Shown one piece after another: positions 44,077 through 52,199 of a stretch of 61,853 nt of DNA (its first letter is position 1; the number at the start of each line of letters is the position of its first letter). Made by a program: the position numbers and the translations under genes. This DNA comes from an uncultured Ignavibacteriales bacterium (GTDB lineage: Bacteria > Zixibacteria > MSB-5A5 > GN15 > JACZUZ01), in assembly GCA_964516945.1 (NCBI GenBank), contig CAZFAL010000001.1, positions 1-61,853 of the forward strand, written 5' to 3'. The notes beneath the pieces were generated by a model. It did no database searches. It saw nothing but the letters and a program-made list of their open reading frames with translations, and had not been told where the DNA came from.

Positions 44077-44484
44077 TTATTGCACCGATGTGGCAGAGCT
44101 GTAAGAAGCGATAGCCTCTTCTTCGGTTTGGTAGATTTCAAAGATATGTGACAATTGTGTGATTTCGAAAATCTCCGTCACATAGGCGGCCAAATTTGAC
44201 ATCGTCAATCGGCCATGCTTCAATCTTGTTTCTTTCATCAATGACACAAGCGCGCCGAGTCCGGAACTGTTGATAAAGTCAACCTTTGTCAAATTCAGAT
44301 GAATGTGCACATTGTTGCCCTGAAATTCCTGCTGCACCTGCTCCTTGAGCGCTGCGCCCGATGCAAGATCAAGACGACCGGACAGCGCTAACACTGTCAC
44401 GTTTCCAGACTGGTTTTTTGCGATTTTCATGTTTCCTCCTGTTGCCCTTCTCGGCGACATTAGAGCGCCGGGCTTGATTATCAT
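44077..44484 (-). CDS. STAS-domain anti-sigma-factor antagonist (RsbV/SpoIIAA-like)
   Basis: VTVLALSGRLDLASGAALKEQV...KVDFINSSGLGALVSL, which carries the conserved phosphorylatable Ser context. There is an ATGA overlap with the upstream kinase gene. An alternative start exists at 44430. Confidence 0.85.
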   Translation of the reverse strand: MIIKPGALMSPRRATGGNMKIAKNQSGNVTVLALSGRLDLASGAALKEQVQQEFQGNNVHIHLNLTKVDFINSSGLGALVSLMKETRLKHGRLTMSNLAAYVTEIFEITQLSHIFEIYQTEEEAIASYSSATSVQ

Positions 44485-44933
44485 GTCGTGTGTTTCGTTG
44501 CAATATCGTTTGTAAAAACTTTGTCACTAAATATGAGGCGAACAGATAAACCGCCGCCGTCAACCGCGGTCAGGACGACATCGTTAGCGCGACCGTACAT
44601 CAAGTTGACTCCGCGACCTGTTTCATCCAGCGCTGTCGGCTCACGTCGCTGTTGGATGCTTGCTATGCCCCCCTGCCCTTCATCGATGATATCGGCAATT
44701 ACTGAATCGTGATTAACCGCAACTCGCAATTTCACCTGCTTGGCCGGGTCCAGACGATTTCCATGGAGCGCCGCGTTGTTAAACGCCTCTGAGACACACA
44801 GTTGAATGTCGCGCGCCCTGTCTTCCGTTATTCTGTTTTCACTCAGGAAAGACGTAAGATCTTCGAACATCTCCGCTTCGGACCGTATTACAGACGGATA
44901 GCTCTTTTCGAATTTGCAAGGAGCGCCCATCAA
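44481..44933 (-). CDS. RsbW/SpoIIAB-like serine kinase (anti-sigma-factor-type HATPase)
   Basis: A 150-aa protein with an N-box-like CVSEAFNNAALHGN and a G-box-like IIDEGQGG. It sits between the PP2C and STAS genes with 4-nt overlaps on both sides. Confidence 0.8.
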   Translation of the reverse strand: MMGAPCKFEKSYPSVIRSEAEMFEDLTSFLSENRITEDRARDIQLCVSEAFNNAALHGNRLDPAKQVKLRVAVNHDSVIADIIDEGQGGIASIQQRREPTALDETGRGVNLMYGRANDVVLTAVDGGGLSVRLIFSDKVFTNDIATKHTT

Positions 44934-46327
44934 GAACCTCCCTCGCTATCGTCCTTTAGCAGACTCTTGACACGAATCTGCATAACCGTAAAATCATCCT
45001 GTATATCTGCCTCGGCGCCACGAATAAATGAGTTGATCGAAGAGCGCAATGAATTACAGAATGCTTGCGGCGCTTCATCAGAGCGCCTCAGAACAAATTC
45101 TTTTGTTCTCTCCCGTCCAAAGAGCTCACCTGTCTTGCTTTCCGATTCGGTGATACCATCGCTAAAAACCGTTATCGTGTCAGCGGGGGCTATTGCGACT
45201 TCTTCGTCAGCAAAGCGCAATCCTTCAAACTGGCCGACAATCGTTCCCCCTTTTGCCAGCTCATTGATTGTGCCGGTCGCATTGTTGTAGTGCAACGCCG
45301 GTACGTGACCTCCGTTGCAATAGCACAATGTCCCGTTCTGCATATCGAATTTGCCGAACCAGATTGTCGCAAACATTGCCCTGTCTTTGATTATCCCCTC
45401 TGACAGCGTGTCATTCAACCGGCCGGCAAGTTCCGCAACAGCCATTTCCGGCTCATAGCGTAACAATGACTTAATAATCCCGGCGCAGGCGGACATCACC
45501 AAAGCCGAGCCGACACCCTTGTTGGAGACATCACCGAGGATGACCATGAACTTGTTCGCCGGCAAAGGAATTATCTCATAGAAATCGCCGCCAACTTCAC
45601 GAGCCGCGGCATAGACAACACCGATTTCAACTCCGGGATGGCTGAGCGCCGCATCGGGCAGGATAGTCTCCTGCACCTGCCGGGCGATGGAAAGCTCCTG
45701 CTCCATCCGTTGCTTCTGGAGCGCTTCAGCAAGCAGGCGTGAGTTTTCAATTGCCACACTCAGAAAATGGTTAAGCGATTCAAGTATTTCTTTATCTGCG
45801 GCGTCGAATTGTTGGCCCCGCTCCTTATTGAGCGCAACGACCATTCCATACTTGCCTTTTCTGGACACGATCGGCGCCGAGAGTAAGCTGTTCACGCGGA
45901 CTGCAGCGCCGGGGGCAATCCCGCTACCGTTGACAAGATTGTTCCCGTCGTTCTCTTTGTAAGAATCAAGTAATGTCGTTTGCTCGGCGACATAGAGCTG
46001 ATCGAGAAGCGCCTCATCCACACCCCAGGCGATTTTTGTCCGTAACTCTCCGTCTTCTTCAAGAAAGATAGCCCCCACTTCACCTGAGACAGCGCGCAAT
46101 GTCATGTCCATCATCACCGACATGACCCTGTCAGTGTCCATGATGGACGCGATAATCGCTCCCATCGTCTGAATATCATTCAGCCGTTGTTTCTGACGTT
46201 CAAGCTCCAATTGCAATTGAAACACTTGTTCCTGCTTTGCAACAGAACCGGCGTCGTCTGTGATTCGCTGAAATCCGGCGCCGATGTGGCTTTTTGCTCC
46301 TTCTTCCATCCTCTGTGCGTCGGACAA
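44930..46327 (-). CDS. GAF-domain PP2C (SpoIIE/RsbU-type) serine phosphatase
   Basis: N-terminal coiled coil, then a GAF-like region (VMSVMMDMTLRAVSGEVGAIFLEEDGELR...), then a PP2C domain (EVGGDFYEII...VILGDVSNKGVGSALVMS...NGGHVPAL...VFSDGITE). The track start is a TTG at 46327; an ATG alternative is at 46309. Confidence 0.85.
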   Translation of the reverse strand: MSDAQRMEEGAKSHIGAGFQRITDDAGSVAKQEQVFQLQLELERQKQRLNDIQTMGAIIASIMDTDRVMSVMMDMTLRAVSGEVGAIFLEEDGELRTKIAWGVDEALLDQLYVAEQTTLLDSYKENDGNNLVNGSGIAPGAAVRVNSLLSAPIVSRKGKYGMVVALNKERGQQFDAADKEILESLNHFLSVAIENSRLLAEALQKQRMEQELSIARQVQETILPDAALSHPGVEIGVVYAAAREVGGDFYEIIPLPANKFMVILGDVSNKGVGSALVMSACAGIIKSLLRYEPEMAVAELAGRLNDTLSEGIIKDRAMFATIWFGKFDMQNGTLCYCNGGHVPALHYNNATGTINELAKGGTIVGQFEGLRFADEEVAIAPADTITVFSDGITESESKTGELFGRERTKEFVLRRSDEAPQAFCNSLRSSINSFIRGAEADIQDDFTVMQIRVKSLLKDDSEGGS

Positions 46328-46523
46328 ACGCCCGATTTACTTAACCACCTCAAGAGCTCCATTTTCATGCATCTGCGCAAGTGGCTTGACTGCCATACAC
46401 ATTCCGGGGCGACGCATGGAACAATCCAACCCCGCGGCCAGACAAAGCGCCGCTTTGGTTCAAAAGGAAATCATTGGGGCCGATGATACCCGTTGACGGG
46501 ATAACGGTGTGGTAAAGCGGGAA

Positions 46524-47897
46524 CTACTTTTTCTTAAACTTGATACGTAGCGGGACACCCTCGAAATCAAACCGCTCACGAAGACGATTTGCGAGAAAGC
46601 GGATGTAGCTTTTCTGAATCTTTTCAGGCCGGTTACAGAAGAAAACAAATGTGGGTGGGCAGATTTCCGGCTGGCTGACATAGGTCAAGCGAACTTCTTT
46701 CCCTTTGTCGGAGGCCGGTGGACGACGCTGTAAGGCGTCTTCGAGGAGCTCATTCAGCTCAGAGACTGAATACTTTCGCGAAGAGCGTTCGTGGATTTCG
46801 CGGGCGATAGACAATGTCTTGCGGGCGCGTAGCCCTTCAAGCGCTGAGACAAATATGATTGGCACAAAAGACAAATCACCGAGAGCGTCACGATAATCAA
46901 CCGTCAGGCGGTCCGCTGTCTTGGAGTCCTTATCAACCAGGTCCCACTTATTGACCACCAGCGCCATGCCTCTGCGCGTGGCCTTCGCCTGTTGCAGGAT
47001 TCGTTTGTCCTGCGAGGTTATTCCGGCGGTAGCATCGATGACCACAAGCGCCACATCACACGCATCCAGCGCCCGCGCCGCTCTGAGATTTGTGTAGAAT
47101 TCAATATCTTCAATAACTTTCATTTTCCGCCTCAGACCGGCGGTGTCAACGAGCGTATAGCGCTGCCCTTCATATATACACGGCGAATCAATCGCATCAA
47201 TCGTCGTACCGGCTATATCCGAGACGATATTTCGTTCATCTCCCAGTATACAATTGACAAGACTGGATTTGCCGACGTTCGGTCGCCCGATAACTGCCAC
47301 GCGCAAAGACGCATCCTGAACATCAGTCTTCGGCGCCTTCGGAAGCGCCGCAACTACCCTGTCGAGCAGGTCACCGATATTTCTGCCACCCGCGGCGCTG
47401 ACCGCCACCGGTTCACCGAGGCCCAGACGCTGCAACTCGAAAACCTCCAGTTCCTGAGCGTCTGTGTCTGCTTTATTGGCGGCGAGCACAGTTGGTTTTC
47501 CGGAGCCCTGCAAATAGCGGGCGATTTGTCCGTCAACCGAAGCGATCGTAACCTGGGCGTCAACGACAAACAAAACCACGTCCGCTTCAGCCACCGCCAT
47601 TTCGGCTTGTTGCATCACTTTCTTGTCGAAGTGATTCTCAGAATTCGGTATCATGCCGCCGGTGTCAATCAAATAGAAGTCTCGCCCTATCCATTCGCAG
47701 ACCGCATAGTTCCTGTCTCGCGTCACCCCCGGCGTGTCAGCGACAATTGCAAACCGTCGTTTGATAAACCGATTGAATAATGACGACTTACCGACATTCG
47801 GCCGCCCGACAATCGCCACCAGTGGCAGTGATGTCCGCCGGGCGTGTGTAAAGCCCGTTTCCGGTGTCGCCGGCTCAATGTGTGTTTCGTCGCTCAT
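46524..47897 (-). CDS. der: Ribosome-associated GTPase Der (EngA)
   Basis: Two G domains (VAIVGRPNVGKSSLFN; VAVIGRPNVGKSSLVN) and a KH-like C-terminus. I preferred the ATG at 47897, which does not overlap the upstream gene, over the track start at 47996. Confidence 0.93.
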   Translation of the reverse strand: MSDETHIEPATPETGFTHARRTSLPLVAIVGRPNVGKSSLFNRFIKRRFAIVADTPGVTRDRNYAVCEWIGRDFYLIDTGGMIPNSENHFDKKVMQQAEMAVAEADVVLFVVDAQVTIASVDGQIARYLQGSGKPTVLAANKADTDAQELEVFELQRLGLGEPVAVSAAGGRNIGDLLDRVVAALPKAPKTDVQDASLRVAVIGRPNVGKSSLVNCILGDERNIVSDIAGTTIDAIDSPCIYEGQRYTLVDTAGLRRKMKVIEDIEFYTNLRAARALDACDVALVVIDATAGITSQDKRILQQAKATRRGMALVVNKWDLVDKDSKTADRLTVDYRDALGDLSFVPIIFVSALEGLRARKTLSIAREIHERSSRKYSVSELNELLEDALQRRPPASDKGKEVRLTYVSQPEICPPTFVFFCNRPEKIQKSYIRFLANRLRERFDFEGVPLRIKFKKK

Positions 47898-47907
47898 AAT
47901 CCTTGCA

Positions 47908-49470
47908 TCATAGTCCCTGTACCGATTCTGAAAACGCCACAACTCGATTTTCCCGCTCGCCATGTTTTTGCCTGCCCAATGCAGAGCGTTGCGCATATTC
48001 TCCGAGCCGCAGAGCTTCTTTCAATGTCTCAACGAAATCATAACTACCAACGATTACTTCCCTGTCTGATTTCCTGCGGAACTCATCGAGAGTCAGATTA
48101 TCGATAAACAAATCATCGTTATTCAGACAGTTCGGCGGCAAAAGAACAATATCGTTTTTATCCGAGAGCTGAGTTGCCGCCTCAAGTAAATCGGCTCCGG
48201 AAAGCAATCCGGAGATAGTCACCGTCCCACCCCAGAACTTGTTCTTGACCGCCTTGAACAACAAGTCAATTCCCAACTCACGCGCTTGTGGCGTGATTTC
48301 TGTTTCTAACCACTCATGGGCGGATTCGCCGGTAAAACCGATCAGCTTGCGTTTCGGTCCTGACGCCGACTTCAGCGCTTTCTTGAGAAATTGCTTTCGG
48401 CGATTAAATGTCGTGGCGAACAAACGACACATACCGATGCCATTCTCGAATTGCGCTATTGATTCATAACTATTCATTCGGGGAAATCTACGTTTGGCGA
48501 TTGTGTAGAATTCATCCGCCGGCCAGACAAACCGCGTACCTAATTCCTCGTGGAAGCGCTCCTGCAGTTTCTCGATTCTATCAATAAGTTCAGCAGCCGC
48601 GGCTTTGCTATAGATACTGATTTCCGGCAAATTGTCCCGGTATTTCGTCAACCCGACCGGGGCTAAAGCCAAAGTCTCAACACCGGGATTCAACGCCGAA
48701 AGTTCACGTATTGTCCTGTCCAACTCCGGGCCGTCATTGATTCCCGGACACAACACAACCTGCGCATGGACAGTAATGCCGCCGTCAATTAGCTGTTTGA
48801 GACGCGGCATAATCGGCGCCAGCAATTCATTCTTGAGCATACAGCGGCGCAATGTGTCATTGGTGGCATGCACCGAAATATACATCGGCGAAAGACGTTG
48901 CTCGATAATCCGCTCAATATCTTCATCACTGGTGTTTGAGAGCGTGACAAAATTGCCATGCGTGAAACTATAGCGATAGTCCTCATCCATAATATACAAC
49001 GAGCGCCGCATCCCTTGCGGTTGTTGCATCACAAAGCAAAAAATGCATTCGTTCTTGCAGGTGCGTATGCCGCTCTGCCTGAATGTCAGCCCCAGCTCTT
49101 CAATGGTCACATCTTCAAACTCAAAGAGCGACTGTTCACCGGTTGTTGATTCAAAGAGCAAATCCAACTCCGGCTCGGCCATTTTGAAATGAAAGTCAAT
49201 TGTGTCACGCACTGTCTCGTCATTGATTGAGACCAGCCGGTCTCCGGGGCGCACATAGGCGAACAGCGGCGAGTGACGCTCGACTTCAAGCAACTCCAGC
49301 CCGACCGGTCGCACGACTTGTGTCTTGTGGACTGCAGTTGCCTGCTTCGCAGCAGTCTCCCCTGTCGCTCCGGCCAGTTGACGGATTGCCGCCGAGGCCT
49401 GCAATTGCGGGGAGTAACTTCTCGGAGACTCGTCGGGCGCTTCCGAAGCGATATGTGTTTCCTGTGCCAC
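47908..49470 (-). CDS. PDZ-domain / radical-SAM-like protein (DUF512 family)
   Basis: The Cys cluster CKNECIFC (CxxxCxxC) follows a PDZ-like N-terminal region. The position upstream of der is common for this family. The start is GTG. Confidence 0.7.
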   Translation of the reverse strand: MAQETHIASEAPDESPRSYSPQLQASAAIRQLAGATGETAAKQATAVHKTQVVRPVGLELLEVERHSPLFAYVRPGDRLVSINDETVRDTIDFHFKMAEPELDLLFESTTGEQSLFEFEDVTIEELGLTFRQSGIRTCKNECIFCFVMQQPQGMRRSLYIMDEDYRYSFTHGNFVTLSNTSDEDIERIIEQRLSPMYISVHATNDTLRRCMLKNELLAPIMPRLKQLIDGGITVHAQVVLCPGINDGPELDRTIRELSALNPGVETLALAPVGLTKYRDNLPEISIYSKAAAAELIDRIEKLQERFHEELGTRFVWPADEFYTIAKRRFPRMNSYESIAQFENGIGMCRLFATTFNRRKQFLKKALKSASGPKRKLIGFTGESAHEWLETEITPQARELGIDLLFKAVKNKFWGGTVTISGLLSGADLLEAATQLSDKNDIVLLPPNCLNNDDLFIDNLTLDEFRRKSDREVIVGSYDFVETLKEALRLGEYAQRSALGRQKHGERENRVVAFSESVQGL

Positions 49471-49498
49471 TTTATCTATTCTCTAACTTTCAGCCATC

Positions 49499-49518
49499 AA
49501 AAAACCCCTCTGCGGGGT
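49499..49518 (-). terminator. Rho-independent terminator downstream of tRNA-Gly, only 28 nt before the next start codon
   Basis: Minus strand reads ACCCC-GCAGA-GGGGU followed by UUUUUU. Confidence 0.55.
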
Positions 49519-49590
49519 CAGACAACACTGCATTGCACGCTGTCATATTATACCTATGCGCTCTCGCACAAGAACAAAATCCTGCAAAAA

Positions 49591-49662
49591 AGCGGGCGAC
49601 CAGATTCGAACTGGCGACGTCAAGCTTGGGAAGCTTGCATTCTACCCCTGAATTACGCCCGC
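49591..49662 (-). tRNA. tRNA-Gly (anticodon CCC); CCA not encoded
   Basis: Hand-folded cloverleaf. Acceptor stem GCGGGCG/CGCCCGC. D arm ATTC-AGGGGTA-GAAT. Anticodon arm CAAGC-TTCCCAA-GCTTG. T arm GCCAG-TTCGAAT-CTGGT. Discriminator base U. Confidence 0.9.
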
Positions 49663-49696
49663 ATATATCCCCGCCTGCAAATCTGCGAGGTCAGAC

Positions 49697-49724
49697 AATA
49701 TAGTCCAGTAAAGATGGCTGGCAA
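49697..49724 (-). promoter_or_regulatory. Sigma70-like promoter for tRNA-Gly
   Basis: Minus strand reads TTGCCA-N16-TATATT, ending about 35 nt before the tRNA 5' end. Confidence 0.4.
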
Positions 49725-49758
49725 GAGATTTCGGTAAGTTGTTGAGTTTTATGAGGTT

Positions 49759-50007
49759 CTAATCCCCGGCCTTGTCGCTCAGGTCTGAATTCGATATCGC
49801 CCGGCGACGGATCGACTCTGCATACCCCACTGAGTATCCAGACCACTGACCGCTTCCCGCCGCAGGGAAAAAATTATCATTATTGCTCATGACGCTATCA
49901 AGCATATAGCGCTGGAAATCGACAGCCGAATTAACAATCCCGCCTGCGCTGTCGCAGGCGCCTGCCCAATATGTCGCCAGGCACAGCAGTATTATCAGCA
50001 AAAGCAT
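49759..50007 (-). CDS. Small hypothetical secreted or lipoprotein-like protein (82 aa)
   Basis: Hydrophobic N-terminus (MLLLIILLCLATYWAGAC) with a marginal lipobox. I recognise no family. Confidence 0.35.
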   Translation of the reverse strand: MLLLIILLCLATYWAGACDSAGGIVNSAVDFQRYMLDSVMSNNDNFFPAAGSGQWSGYSVGYAESIRRRAISNSDLSDKAGD

Positions 50008-50122
50008 TCTCGTTAATCTTGCGTCATACCATCATCCTCCCCTCGTGGCTCAATGAATTGTCAAGTCGACAAATACTCAGCCGCCTATGCTCAGTTCGTA
50101 CGAAGGTTGGCAGGCGCTGTCA

Positions 50123-50170
50123 GGATGGAGATGAAGATTGAGATGGAGGTTGAAATTGAGATGGAGATGG
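50123..50170. repeat. Purine-rich (plus strand) / G-free pyrimidine-rich (sense strand) repeat tract
   Basis: ggatggagatgaagattgagatggaggttgaaattgagatggagatgg. The minus strand contains no G over 48 nt. It is related in word content to 21594-21648. Confidence 0.7.
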
Positions 50171-50370
50171 CGCTGACAGAGCAGGCGCTTGTCAGACTGT
50201 CAGCGGACAATATAAATACTGCAAACAGGGCGCCGAATACTGCGTCGCAGGTAACCACTGAGTCTCAGGGAACTTACGAGCGCAACAGCGCTTCACATTC
50301 GGCGCTCGCTACGAATCACAGCCCCATGCCCCGTAGAAAATGACGATAGCGTCCGCCACGGATGATGACG

Positions 50371-51339
50371 CTACACTATCTGTTTATCAGCGTTACGATT
50401 GACAATTCGCACAACAATGATTGAGATTTCGTAGAGCACATACATCGGCGCTCCGACAAGCACCTGCGTAAACACATCCGGCGGAGTGATAATCGCCGCG
50501 CAAATCAGGATAAGCACAACCGCAACACGTCTGCCCTTCGGTAGTGTCTCCGAACGCAATATACCCATCTTCGCCAGAAAAAAAGACACGACCGGTAGAT
50601 TGAAGGTCAAACCAAAAGACAAGACCATCATTCCGGCAAATGTCAAATAACTGCCGACCGTGATGATTGGTGTCAACGCGCCCTCGCCATAGCTGACAAG
50701 ATATGTTATCGCGAACGGTAGAATATATTGGTAGCAAAACCAGGCGCCGATGCCAAAAAGGGCGCTGGAGGCAATCACAGCCGGGAGAATAAATATCTTT
50801 TCTGTCTTATAGAGCCCGGGCGCAATAAACGCCCAGAGCTGATAGAAGACAAAAGGAATAATCGCAAACAAGCCCGCAAAAATAGAAACTACCATATAGG
50901 CGTAAAATGAGCCGGTGATAGTTGTCACATGCAATCGCAAATCACCGAGCGGCTTGATTACGAACGCAAAAATCTCCTCGCCAAAATACAGCGCGACAGC
51001 CGCCGCAACAATCACACCAATAATTATCTTCAGCAGTCGCCAGCGTAATTCTTCGAGATGATCCAGAAACCCCAGTGAATCCTTGTCGTCACCACCACCG
51101 TCACCAGAGGCCACTGCCACCGGGGGCGTTGTCCCGGCGCCGCCACCTTCGCGCGCAGGAGATGTCTCAGAGCCCGGATTTCCACCAACAGCAACCGGAG
51201 CGCTCTCAGCGCCGGAGCTGTAGTAATCAGCCCGGTCAACGCGACGCGGAATCGGACGACCACCGCCTGGCGCCTCGCCGGAAATATCACCACGGGAACT
51301 ATCTTTGTTGTCTTTACTTTCGGAAGTCATAACGCACAA
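50371..51339 (-). CDS. tatC: Twin-arginine translocase subunit TatC, with an N-terminal Gly/Pro-rich extension of about 85 aa (start uncertain)
   Basis: TatC core from LGFLDHLEELRWRLLKIIIGV... with 6 TM segments. No tatA or tatB lies adjacent. Confidence 0.88.
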   Translation of the reverse strand: MCVMTSESKDNKDSSRGDISGEAPGGGRPIPRRVDRADYYSSGAESAPVAVGGNPGSETSPAREGGGAGTTPPVAVASGDGGGDDKDSLGFLDHLEELRWRLLKIIIGVIVAAAVALYFGEEIFAFVIKPLGDLRLHVTTITGSFYAYMVVSIFAGLFAIIPFVFYQLWAFIAPGLYKTEKIFILPAVIASSALFGIGAWFCYQYILPFAITYLVSYGEGALTPIITVGSYLTFAGMMVLSFGLTFNLPVVSFFLAKMGILRSETLPKGRRVAVVLILICAAIITPPDVFTQVLVGAPMYVLYEISIIVVRIVNRNADKQIV

Positions 51340-51363
51340 TACATATCTTTGCAGCGAAACAGT

Positions 51364-51816
51364 CTATTTCTCAAGCAGACGCTTAATTTCATTGAGAAAC
51401 TCTTCTTTATCCTGAAAACGACGATACACCGAGGCGAATCTGACATAGGCGATTTCATCTTCGCTCTTGAGCTTTTCCATCACCAGCTTGCCGATGAACG
51501 CGCTCTCCACTTCATTGCGTGACAATTCAGAAAGTTTCGCCTCGATTTCATCAACCAGCGCTTCGCACTTTTTGGAGGATATCGGACGCTTGTTGCAGGC
51601 CAGCTTGATACCGGTCAGCAGTTTCTGACGGTCAAACGGCTCACGCCTGTTGTCGGTCTTCAGAACGGTCAGAGAAGTATTCTCGACATACTCATAGGTT
51701 GTAAAGCGCTCCTCGCACTTGAGACATTGACGACGACGACGCACCGCGCGACCGTCCTGCGCCGCCCGTGAATCCACAACCCGGTCTTCTTCGCTACCAC
51801 AATGAGGACATTTCAT
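51364..51816 (-). CDS. nrdR: Transcriptional repressor NrdR
   Basis: Zinc ribbon (MKCPHCGSEEDRVVDSR...CLKCEERFTTYE) plus an ATP-cone; 150 aa. Confidence 0.95.
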   Translation of the reverse strand: MKCPHCGSEEDRVVDSRAAQDGRAVRRRRQCLKCEERFTTYEYVENTSLTVLKTDNRREPFDRQKLLTGIKLACNKRPISSKKCEALVDEIEAKLSELSRNEVESAFIGKLVMEKLKSEDEIAYVRFASVYRRFQDKEEFLNEIKRLLEK

Positions 51817-52199
51817 CTTTTCTCTTCACCTGAATCTGTTTGGTTCGTTTCGGAGGATATCCAGCGCAGATAATCCGCATAACCATCGCCGATCTGCAAC
51901 GCAATTATCTCAGGACAGGAATATGGATGAATCTTACGCACCCGGCTCTCCAAATCCCGAAACCTTGAGGAAACTGTTTTGACTACCAACAACGCCTCCC
52001 GGTCCTTCTGAATCTTGCCTTCCCAGCGATACACAGACTGCACTTGCTCAATGATATTCACACAGGCCGCAAGTCGACTTTCCACAATCGCAGTGGCCAG
52101 CTCTTCGGCTTTGTCAACGGGGGTGGTTATCAGAACAACACACGCCTCAGCATTGACGTTTTCCACTGTTCCCCGTCTCTCCTCTGTCTTATCGTTCAT
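51813..52199 (-). CDS. cutA: Divalent-cation tolerance protein CutA
   Basis: VVLITTPVDKAEELATAIVESRLAACVNIIEQVQSVYRWEGKIQKDREALLVVKT...YSCPEIIAL. I chose the ATG at 52199. The track start at 52346 lies inside the upstream gene. Confidence 0.85.
   Translation of the reverse strand: MNDKTEERRGTVENVNAEACVVLITTPVDKAEELATAIVESRLAACVNIIEQVQSVYRWEGKIQKDREALLVVKTVSSRFRDLESRVRKIHPYSCPEIIALQIGDGYADYLRWISSETNQTDSGEEKR

Noticed and set aside
46479-46486. GCCGATGA (sigma28 -10-like) on the plus strand between der and the che operon
   Set aside because: The -35 region is poor (TCAA or CAAA). The promoter would fire antisense into the 3' end of der, and nothing lies downstream on the plus strand.
49499-49724. 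tRNA-Gly as the attachment site of an integrated mobile element
   Set aside because: The 17-bp direct repeats are only 172 bp apart and enclose nothing but the tRNA. No integrase, excisionase or cargo genes are nearby.
50053-50343. 96-aa plus-strand ORF containing MEMKIEMEVEIEMEM
   Set aside because: The repetitive peptide is generated by the GAGATGGAG-type DNA repeat. There is no Shine-Dalgarno, and it would be the only other plus-strand gene. I interpret it as non-coding repeat DNA.
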